Numbered from the stretch's first letter, positions 1 through 8,574 are shown. The stretch: 9,276 bases of DNA from Octopus sinensis (GCF_006345805.1 NW_021828006.1:1-9276), one strand, 5' to 3'. Translations and numbers: made by a program. Notes: generated from the letters alone by a model not told the origin.

Positions 1-147
1 GGATTTCATTTGTTTTATAGCTTTTGTTGTTTCTTCATCTTCTTCTTCTTCTTCGTGTTTATTAGGTGGTATGATTTCTTGTTTGTATTTGTCAGCTTCC
101 TTAAATACTGAGAACAGTTTTTTGTTTTGCTCGTGTTTTGCCGCTAT

Positions 148-148
148 C

Positions 149-184
<36 letters not shown>

Positions 185-345
185 TTTTATTATTATTATT
201 ATTATATTATTATTATTATTATTATTATTAATATTAATTATTATTATTATTATTATTATATATTATTATTATTATATTATTATTAATTATTATTATTATT
301 AATATTATTATTATTATATTATTATTATTATTATTATTATATTAA

Positions 346-376
<31 letters not shown>

Positions 377-543
377 ATTTTTATTATTAAATTATTAATA
401 TTATTATTATTATTATATTAATATTATTATTATTTTTATTATTATTATTATTATTATTATTAATATTATTATTATTATTAATATTATTATATTATTATAT
501 TAAATTTTTATTATTATTATTATATTATTATTATTATAATTAA

Positions 544-585
<42 letters not shown>

Positions 586-669
586 ATTATTATTATTATT
601 ATTATTTTTTATTAATATTATTATTATTATTATTATTAATTATTATTATTATTATTATTATTATTATAA

Positions 670-706
<37 letters not shown>
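148..706. repeat. Long imperfect (TTA)n microsatellite
   Basis: ~560 bp of tta units with single-base slips, read directly from the sequence. Confidence 0.98.
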
Positions 707-729
707 TCTCGACTGAAAGACAATGATAG

Positions 730-1330
730 CAGTACTTGTGACAGACGTTGGTGGTGATGGCTGAGCTGCACTGAAGTGGTGGTGGTGTTTGTGATAGTAT
801 AGGCTGCTGTTGTGGTGGTGGTTGCCGTTTGGTGGGTGTTCATTTTGGGGCGGCATTGACAGTGATGATGGTTACATTGTCGTGATGTTCGTAGTGGCAG
901 TTTGTTATTAAAAGGTGGTGGAGGTGGTAGTGGTGGTCCTCGTTATATTGTTGTTGTTGTTGGTGGTGGTGTTTATGAAAATTACTTTTGCAGTTATTGT
1001 TGTGGTAGATTGTGGCGTTGGTGGCGGCACCAATGGCTGCTTTTGTGGGGGAATTATGGTAGGGTTTGTGTGAGGAGAGATCTCATGCGGATGTGGGGTC
1101 GGGGTGGACGTTGGTGTTGGTGATAGTAGTGGTTGAGGGAGTTGTTGTAAAGATGCTCGGGCAGGTGGAGTTATTGGGGTGGGTAGTGAAAGGTGATGGC
1201 GGGGGTGCAGATAGTGTTGTTTTTGGTGGTGAGAGTGGTAGTAGTGGTGGTGTTAGGAGTGCTTGTGGTACTTGTAGCCGTGGCAGCTGTTGTTGTTGTG
1301 GTAGTGGTGGTGATGGTGTTCCGACACACA
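730..1330. repeat. Cryptic (GGT/GTT/GTG)-rich low-complexity tract
   Basis: Degenerate ggt/gtt triplets. Only short ORFs in several frames, each giving poly-V/G or poly-T/P/H peptides. Confidence 0.8.
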
Positions 1331-1376
1331 CAAACTAAAACTACGCCGCAACCACCACCATCGCCTCCATCTCCAC

Positions 1377-1500
1377 TAGAATGAGTACAAAGCTTAAAAA
1401 TACGTCCCGCTGTCGATTTCTTCAACTAAAAAACCATTTAAGGCGGTGCTCCAGCATGGTCGCAGTCAAATGACTGAAACAAGTAAAAGAATAAAAGAAT
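1377..1500 (+). mobile_element. SINE 3' fragment (same family as 6713-7136)
   Basis: tagaatgagtac...gtcgatttcttcaactaa...aggcggtgctccagcatggtcgcagtcaaatgactgaaacaagtaaaagaat is the reverse complement of the sequence at 6720-6820 and 7150-7280. Confidence 0.88.
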
Positions 1501-1509
1501 ACACATAGA

Positions 1510-2692
1510 TGCACGCACACACGCACACACACTCACACACACACACACACTCACACACGCACACACACTCACACACGCACAGACACTCACACACACACAC
1601 TCACACACGCACACACACTCACACACGCACAGACACTCACACACGCACACACACTCACACACGCACAGACACTCACACACGCACACACACTGACACACAC
1701 ACACTCACACACGCACATCACACGCACATACACGCACACACGCACAGACACGCACACACGCACAGACACTCACACACGCACAGACACTCACACACGCACA
1801 CACACTCACACACACACACTCACACACGCACATCACACTCACACACGCACACACACTCACACACGCACAGACACTCACACACGCACACACACTCACACAC
1901 GCACACACACTCACACACGCACACACACTCACACACACACACTCACACACGCACATCACACGCACAGACACGCACACACGCACAGACACTCACACACGCA
2001 CAGACACTCACACACGCACACACACTCACACACGCACACACACTCACACACACACACTCACACACGCACATCACACGCACAGACACGCACACACGCACAG
2101 ACACTCACACACGCACAGACACTCACACACGCACAGACACTCACACACACACACTCACACACGCACATCACACGCACATACACGCACACACGCACAGACA
2201 CTCACACACGCACAGACACTCACACACGCACACACACTCACCACGCACACACACTCACCACACACACTCACACACGCACATCACACGCACAGACACGCCA
2301 CACGCACAGACACTCAGACACGCACAGACACTCACACACGCAAGACACTCACACACACACACTCACACACGCACATCACACGCACATACAACGCACAACG
2401 CAAAGACACTCACACACGCACAGACACTCACAACACGCACACACACTCACACACACACACTCACACACGCACATCACACTCACACACGCACACACACTCA
2501 CACACGCACAGACACTCACACACGCACCACACACTCACACACGCACACACACTCAACACACGCAACACACATCACACACACACACTCACACACGCACATC
2601 ACACGCACAGACACGCACACACGCACAGACACTCACACACGCACAGACACTCACATACGCACACACACTCACACACGCACATACACGCATAC
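1510..2692. repeat. Compound (CA)n-derived satellite with ~18 bp subunits and higher-order structure
   Basis: Recurrent cacacacgcacagacact and cacacacgcacacacact units, with periodic catca interruptions. Confidence 0.95.
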
Positions 2693-2744
2693 AGATATAT
2701 TTATATATAAACACATATATAGACTATATATAGGAGCCAGCGTA

Positions 2745-2803
2745 TAAGGTTACATTTTAGGGTTTGACCTTGCAAAAATAGCAGCCAAATCTCCTTCTAA
2801 TCA
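2745..2803 (+). repeat. Diverged dispersed repeat fragment, inverted homologue at 8497-8553
   Basis: aaaaatagcagccaaatctccttctaatca aligns with aaaaataacgaccaaatctccttcaaatca on the minus strand at 8497-8553. Both are preceded by aggttac/gggttac. Confidence 0.55.
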
Positions 2804-2918
2804 AGTCTTAGTGTTTTATGTATGAAGCAATGAAGGGGATCCGTACATGGCAGTTATATATTCATATTTATCTATATATAGTATTATACATACGCGCGCG
2901 CAGCCCCACACGTATGTC

Positions 2919-2923
<5 letters not shown>

Positions 2924-2956
<33 letters not shown>

Positions 2957-2982
2957 TATATATATATATATGTATGTATGTA

Positions 2983-3032
<50 letters not shown>

Positions 3033-3075
3033 GCCTTCGTCTTTTGTTTATTTTCATAAAGCTTCCCGTATATAT

Positions 3076-3132
<57 letters not shown>
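2924..3132. repeat. (TA)n microsatellites (2924-3030 and 3069-3132)
   Basis: Direct reading. Confidence 0.97.
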
Positions 3133-3339
3133 GTTAATCCAAACATGAAAACACAAGAGATAACACAACAACGCGAGCACGTGGAACAAGTATAGTGTTA
3201 TTGGACGCTCAGGAAAGAAGGAAAGAAAGAGGGTTTAACGTTTCGAGCGGAGCTCTTCGTCGGAAACATAGGAGAAGGAAAGATCCAGAGAAGGGAAGAT
3301 AGAGGAAAAAAATCGCCAACGGTACACACGCGGTCACAT
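3132..3339 (-). mobile_element. ~208 bp hammerhead-bearing interspersed repeat (copy 1), probably derived from a Penelope-like element
   Basis: The reverse complement aligns over its full length, at roughly 90% by eye, with 7525-7729. It contains CCGACGAAGAGCTCCGCTCGAAACGT and ends in (TA)n. The Penelope assignment is inferred from the motif type. Confidence 0.75.
3233..3267 (-). ncRNA. Minimal type I hammerhead ribozyme-like motif, intact GAAA
   Basis: Minus strand reads GUUU-CCGACGA-A-GAGC(UCC)GCUC-GAAA-CG-UU-AAAC. Stem I is GUUU/AAAC, stem II is 4 bp, and a palindromic ACGU replaces stem III. Confidence 0.7.
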
Positions 3340-3371
3340 ATACATACAAACACACATACATATATATATGT

Positions 3372-3517
3372 ATGTGGCAGGTTTCCACACAGTTTCCACC
3401 TACCAAATAGTTCACTCCCAAGCATGAGATTATAGTGGAAGACATTTGACCGAGGCACTACACAGGACCGAACCCGAAATCTTGTGGTTAAAAGCAACCT
3501 TCTTACCACACAGCTAC
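3372..3517 (-). mobile_element. Diverged tRNA-derived SINE head
   Basis: Homologous to 6977-7136 (cagtttccacctaccaaat; gaacccgaaatcttgtggtt; cttaccacacagcta), with degenerate A and B boxes. Confidence 0.78.
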
Positions 3518-3520
3518 ATA

Positions 3521-5180
3521 CTAGAAGAGATACCCGGCATTGCCTGTGTTACATGCAATTGAACAATTGAATAATTAGACTTCTTTGTTATATTTTCTGC
3601 AATGAAGTGGAATACCTATGATTGCAATTTCATCAAAATTGCAGATGAGGGTCATTTCCCTCTTTACACACCCTAAAAAAATAGTAATCATGACAATAGT
3701 AATCCGATACTACTGATTTTTATGCGCAGATTCCAAAATTCCAGTCTTATAGAACCTGCTAAAAGGATTTTGTTCCTGAAAAATGGAGGTCATGGAGCTC
3801 TGAAATGTGGGAGTTAAGGCCCCTATTGGGGGTGGGTGTCTTAATGTCAACCAGAGAAGTTGAATTGTTGAAAATCTTTTTAACTTGGGTCTTATATCTA
3901 TTGTTTGAATTTCTTTGAAATAGGAAATATATGTTCACTGAGTTTGTAAAAGAGAGCAAAGCTACAGGAAACCAATAGACGAATGATCACAATAAGCAGT
4001 CAGCTACCCTACCCTAGTCGTTACCACTCCCAATGTAGTATTCCTCACCATCCAGGTGACAAGCACAGCCGTAAGATGCATTACAAATCTATAGCAATTG
4101 GAAGGGCGTGACCCAACTGAAATAAACATTAACAACTGTGTGACGTGAGGGCGAAGGAGAAATGAAAGTGTCGTCTTTGGAGTTTGCAAATGACCACTAT
4201 ACTGATACATAAGTGGACAGAATAAATTTACAATCTATAAATGTCTTTGAATAACCAGTCACTCATCTGGGAAGGCTTTGAAATCAATGTTACCATCTGG
4301 GGACTATGTGTGACCCAGTGATAATAAAAAGACTCAAAGGAGGTCTGCAATCAAATAACTTTACTCAACACTTTGCAACTGAATCAGTGGAGACAAAGAT
4401 GCCTCTCATTTACTTGACAATTTATGCACCACGTTGCAGAAATCACAATCTAAGTATATGTCAGAGCAAACTCTTACACTGTTGTACCATTGAATTGCAA
4501 ATAATGCTCATCTTTTATGCTCGGGTGACCCCACAGCTTCCAAGAGTACAACTGTATTCATCTTTGGTTAGACAAAATGACTAAATTGTGGGTGTTAAGT
4601 CCCCTTGAAGGGTTTTTTCTAACTTGTAAGAAGATGAAATTTTATAAATATTACTTCGTTTGTGTCTAATATCTATGGTTAAAATTTCATCAACAGCAAA
4701 AATATATGCATTGTCATGGGGGTTATGACCCTTATACAGAGAATAAAATTTCCAAATTTCGTAAAGATCCATTCAGTACTTTTGACCTAATTTTGGATCA
4801 TAAAAGAAATTATTAAAATTTGGGAGTTACGGCCCCCATTAGGGTGTCTTAGAATCCTCATGAGAAGTGGAAACTTTGAGAATACTTCTTGATGTGTGTC
4901 AATTACCCATGGTTGAAATTTCATCAACATTGAAAGGTTCTGCCCTCTTTAAGCCATCTGAAATTCAAACCAAACATATTGCATTATACCTGCCCTTCTG
5001 CATTGAATCTAAGTTCCAAATATCATAAGGATCCATTCAGTAATTTTGGTCCATGACATTGTATGAAACACACAAGGCTTGGATTTTGTGTTCCAAATTT
5101 CATTATGATCGGTGCAGCAGTTTTCGAATGGATACGTAACACATGAACACACATAAAGACATTGGCTTTGATATAATAGA
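3521..5180 (-). mobile_element. Non-autonomous Helitron-like element
   Basis: The minus strand begins A|TCTATTATATCAAAGCC at 5180 and ends ggcaatgccgggtatctcttCTAG|T at 3521. This gives 5'-TC, 3'-CTAG, an A/T target and a decayed GC-rich subterminal hairpin. Internal degenerate subrepeats are present. Confidence 0.65.
4150..4480 (+). pseudogene. Heavily decayed non-LTR retrotransposon RT fragment (tentative)
   Basis: With one frameshift it translates as KVSSLEFAND/TILIHKWTE*IYNL*MSLNNQSLIWEGFEINV, resembling the LINE RT region xLxFADDxxLx...GLxIN. A downstream IYL may correspond to YLG. Confidence 0.4.
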
Positions 5181-5191
5181 TATGAATATGC

Positions 5192-5275
5192 ACACCACAC
5201 ACACACACACACACAACACACACACACCACACCCACAACACACACACACCACACACCACACACAACACACACACA
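5192..5275. repeat. Imperfect (CA)n microsatellite
   Basis: Direct reading. Confidence 0.95.
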
Positions 5276-5337
5276 AAAGATAAATTGATAGATACAAACG
5301 GAGTGGCAAAGGAAAATATGAGACACTGCCTAGTGCT

Positions 5338-5640
5338 TTTTTTATTTTGATAAGCCTGGTACTTATTCTATCAGTTTCTTCTTGTCAGGCCAGTAAGTTA
5401 CAGAGATGTAAATAAACGAACAGCAGTTGTGAAGCAGTGATGAAGGCGAAACACAGAGACAAACACACACACATAGACTTACATATATATATATATATAT
5501 ACGTATATATACGATTGATTTCTTTCAGTTTCTGTCTACAAAATCCTCTGACAAGGCTTTGGTTGGTCTGAGGCTATAGCAGAATACACATGCCAAGTCA
5601 CCACACAGTGGGACTGAACCCAGGATCATGTGTTTTGGAA
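5338..5640 (-). mobile_element. Older diverged SINE copy with internal (CA)/(TA) microsatellite, truncated at both ends
   Basis: Collinear with 6790-7100: aagcctggtacttattctatcag...microsatellite...ttctttcagtttctgtctac...cagtgggactgaacc. B box at 5610-5620. Confidence 0.85.
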
Positions 5641-5743
5641 CCCAGTTTATATATATAAAGATATATCAGAAAGTAAACATGGAGATATAGCATTTAATAA
5701 CAATTTATTGAATATATATATATATATATAGATATATATATAT

Positions 5744-5969
5744 ATTATATTAAATTAGAGTATACCCCACTATTAGGCAAATCAAACAGTGAAAAACATA
5801 AGCCAATACATAAAATTAATTTAAAATATAAAAATTGAAAATTAAAATTTTTTTAATTTTAATTTTTATTTGTTAACTTTTTATATTTTAAATTAATTTT
5901 ATGTATTGGCTTATGTTGTTCACTATTTGATTTTGCCTAATAGTGGGTTTATCTCTAATTTAATATAAT
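5744..5969. repeat. Long AT-rich inverted repeat (arms 5744-5834 and 5878-5969)
   Basis: ~91 bp arms are reverse complements with a few mismatches and one indel. The spacer is itself palindromic around 5849. Confidence 0.95.
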
Positions 5970-6057
5970 ATAATATAATATATTTATACTATAAAAATTG
6001 GATTTAATCTTAAATCTATTTTTCCCTGTAAGTTTAGATTCATTCCCAATATTATGA

Positions 6058-6180
6058 TTTATATATATATATATAATTATATATTATAATATATATATAT
6101 ATATATATATATTATATTAATAGATATATAGATATTATATATATATATAATATATATATATAGTATATATATATATATAC
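6058..6180. repeat. Imperfect (TA)n microsatellite
   Basis: Direct reading. Confidence 0.95.
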
Positions 6181-6305
6181 ATAACATCATATATTATATT
6201 TGGTAAAAACGGTAAGATAAAAAGAAAGAAAGAGACCTCAATATTATGTAAATAGAGGAAATTTTCCCCTTTATATAACGGTATTTTTTCATAGCGTTTT
6301 TCAGA

Positions 6306-6382
6306 TGGCCAGATAACCGAAGAGATGGTGTTGTTTTAGAATTCCACTTCGGCACCCGAAACTCAGAGTTTTATCTTGGCTA
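6306..6382 (+). ncRNA. Type I hammerhead ribozyme-like motif with CCGA core
   Basis: Stem I UGGCCAGAUAA/UUAUCU(U)GGCUA (11 bp, one bulge); core CCGAAGA 6317-6323; G6324-C6357 pair plus a 7 bp stem II; GAAA 6358-6361; stem III ACU(CAG)AGU; GUU site at 6368-6370. Confidence 0.8.
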
Positions 6383-6504
6383 CCGAATAATTGTCACATA
6401 TTAATTTACAGATATATATACATTATACACACACAAACACACACATATATATATACATATATTCATGTACGTATGCATATGCCTACATACACACATATGC
6501 ATCT

Positions 6505-6702
6505 ACCTTTGCGCACCCCACACTGCTTGGTAAACAGTGTTTGTTTAAGTTCCCATAACGAAGCGGTTCGGCAAGAGACACTGATAGAATAAGTATGCGG
6601 CTTTTAGAAAAACTAGGTATAGATGGCGATCACTGTTGGAAGAAAACCCTTGAAGGCGGTGCCCCAGTATGGCCAAAATCCAATGACCAAAACAAGATGA
6701 AT
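6505..6702 (+). mobile_element. Diverged SINE body/3' fragment, tail-to-tail with the next copy
   Basis: cccataacgaagcggttcggcaagagacactgatagaataagta...aaggcggtgccccagtatggcc is the inverted homologue of 6720-6900. Confidence 0.85.
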
Positions 6703-6712
6703 GTAACAGGTA

Positions 6713-6928
6713 CTCTTTACACATTTACTTGTTTCAGTCATTTGACTGTGGCCATGCTGGAGCACAACCTTTTTAGTCGATCAAATCGATCCCAGGACTT
6801 ATTCTTTGTAAGCCTAGTACTTATTCTATCAGTCTCTTTTGCCGAACCGGTAAGTTACGGGGACGTAAACACACCTGCATCGGTTGTCAAGCGATGTTGG
6901 GGGAGAAACACAAACATACACACACACA

Positions 6929-6976
<48 letters not shown>

Positions 6977-7136
6977 GACGACGGGCTTCTTTCAGTTTCC
7001 GTCTACCAAATCCACTCACAAGGCTTGGGTCGGCCCGAGGCTAAAGTAGAAGGCACTTGCCCAAGGTGCCACGCAGTGGGACTGAACCCGGAACCATGTG
7101 GTTGGTAAGCAAGCTCCTTACCACGCAGCCACTCCT
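6713..7136 (-). mobile_element. Near full-length tRNA-derived SINE with CORE-like motif and internal (TA)(TG)n microsatellite
   Basis: Minus strand: A-box-like TGGCTGCGTGG (7121-7131), B-box-like GGTTCAGTCCC (7078-7088), and CACCTTGGGCAAGTG (7054-7068) resembling the CORE-SINE motif. Microsatellite at ~6915-6976, then a body shared with the other copies. Confidence 0.9.
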
Positions 7137-7149
7137 ACGTCTATGTGTT

Positions 7150-7290
7150 ATGCTATTCTTTAATTCTTTTAATTGTTCCAGTCATTTGACTGTGGCCATG
7201 CTGCAGCACCGCCTTGAATGGTTTTTAGTCGAACAAATCGACCCCAGGACTTATTTTCTAAACCCGAGTACTTATTCTATCGGTTTCTTT
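7150..7290 (-). mobile_element. SINE 3' fragment
   Basis: cagtcatttgactgtggccatgctgcagcaccgcc...gtcgaacaaatcgaccccaggacttatt is nearly identical to 6735-6840. Confidence 0.9.
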
Positions 7291-7354
7291 GTCGTATCGT
7301 CAGGTCCCAAAACACTGTCGGCCCAAGACCTCTTAAAAATATGGATCCATCAGA

Positions 7355-7425
7355 TTTTTGAGAGCTGACGATACACCATAAAGCTGAACCCTTTATGGAC
7401 GGGAAACCTAAGGTAATCCCATAAA
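7355..7425 (+). ncRNA. Decayed type I hammerhead ribozyme-like motif with canonical core
   Basis: CUGACGA 7365-7371; hairpin CCAUAAAG/CUUUAUGG; GAAA 7403-7406; stem III ACC(UAA)GGU; GUA site at 7413-7415. Stem I has 7 of 10 positions paired and the base of stem II is mismatched. Confidence 0.6.
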
Positions 7426-7524
7426 CCGGCCTTCCCCCATTTTTAATATATACTGCTCTACATCTTAGAGTGAGTTTCTTCTTTCGGATTCATGTTTTTT
7501 TTTACAAACGATATATATTTCAAA

Positions 7525-7729
7525 ATGTGACCGCGTGTGTACCGTTGGCGATTTTTTTTCGTCTGTCTTCCCTTCTCTGGATCTTTCCTTCTCCTATGTT
7601 TCCGACGAAGAGCTCCGCTCTAAACGTTAAACCCTCCTCCTTTCCTTCTTTCCTGAGCGTCCAATAATACTATATTTGTTCACGTCCTCGCGCTGTTGTG
7701 TTTTTTGTGCTTTGTTGTTTGGATTAACT
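7525..7729 (+). mobile_element. ~205 bp hammerhead-bearing repeat (copy 2), inverted relative to 3132-3339
   Basis: Full-length alignment to the reverse complement of 3132-3339, followed by (TA)n. Confidence 0.75.
7598..7632 (+). ncRNA. Minimal hammerhead motif, probably inactive (GAAA to UAAA at 7621)
   Basis: Identical to 3233-3267 except at the G12-equivalent position, which is T. Confidence 0.6.
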
Positions 7730-7731
7730 TC

Positions 7732-7744
7732 ATATATATATGTA

Positions 7745-7783
<39 letters not shown>

Positions 7784-7784
7784 T

Positions 7785-7817
<33 letters not shown>

Positions 7818-7836
7818 TATATATAATATATTATAA

Positions 7837-7876
<40 letters not shown>
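7732..7876. repeat. (TA)n followed by (ATAG)10
   Basis: Direct reading; the atag array is at 7837-7876. Confidence 0.97.
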
Positions 7877-7939
7877 GATAGTAGTTAGGTGCACAGTCGC
7901 ACTCATAGACTTTGAAACGCATGTAATTATGTATAGATA

Positions 7940-7968
7940 TAAATAGCCCACACACTCTGTGTGGTATG

Positions 7969-7999
<31 letters not shown>

Positions 8000-8022
8000 G
8001 TAATATATATAATATATATATA

Positions 8023-8078
<56 letters not shown>

Positions 8079-8125
8079 CATATAATATAATATACACACA
8101 TCTATACACGTGTGTGGGCTATTTA
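7940..8125. repeat. Foldback/MITE-like unit: 16 bp perfect inverted repeats around (TA)n
   Basis: taaatagcccacacac (7940-7955) and gtgtgtgggctattta (8110-8125). Confidence 0.65.
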
Positions 8126-8267
8126 CATGAATGTGTATGTAAGTAGTAGAGATGAGATGCTATCTTGGATGCAGAGATGTTCTCCTGTAGCCACAACAGA
8201 TGGTGAGGTAGATTTGAAACTATAACAGCTTGGCATACAAATAAACAGTGACTCTACCACATGACCA

Positions 8268-8345
8268 TGAGGTGGTGGCGGTGGTGATGGTGTTGTGGTG
8301 GTGGTGGGAGTGGTGGGAGTGGAGGTATGCTTGAAGGTGGGAGTG
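8268..8345. repeat. (GGT)-rich low-complexity tract
   Basis: Direct reading. Confidence 0.8.
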
Positions 8346-8574
8346 AATGATGTATGATTATTCTTCTCGTTGTTGGTGTCCGTCTCTTCGTCAGTCCTAT
8401 AATCAAAATTGTTCCAACCGTGCCCACCACGTCTTTTGTGTATAAACGATTTCCGTTAACCTGCATGTTCTTCTGATGTTTCAAAACAGTTGGGAGTGAT
8501 TTGAAGGAGATTTGGTCGTTATTTTTACCAGACGACAATATGGGGTAACCCTTTATGTAGCAGCAGGGCACATT

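Noticed and set aside
1040-1206. G-quadruplex from scattered GGG runs
   Set aside because: Loops between runs are mostly long and irregular, as expected by chance in a GGT-rich tract.
602-1425. Pro/Thr/His-rich minus-strand ORFs and Gly/Val-rich plus-strand ORFs
   Set aside because: Short ORFs in several frames of a low-complexity tract with no recognisable domain. One starts inside a SINE and another ends in (AAT)n.
1509-2747. 412 aa His/Thr-rich ORF and overlapping Cys/Val ORFs
   Set aside because: CA-type repeats cannot form stop codons on this strand. The peptide is a direct translation of the satellite.
7078-7131. tRNA gene (A and B boxes)
   Set aside because: The boxes continue into a SINE body present in several copies, and I could not build a cloverleaf.
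6595-7368. ORFs of 74-127 aa
   Set aside because: They lie wholly or largely within SINE copies and microsatellite.
3132-7729. One large DNA transposon bounded by the 205 bp inverted repeats
   Set aside because: The interior is a mosaic of independent repeats of different ages with no transposase. The two copies are better explained as separate insertions.
8384-8394. CTGACGAAGAG on the minus strand, resembling the first half of a hammerhead core
   Set aside because: No stem II hairpin or GAAA follows it.
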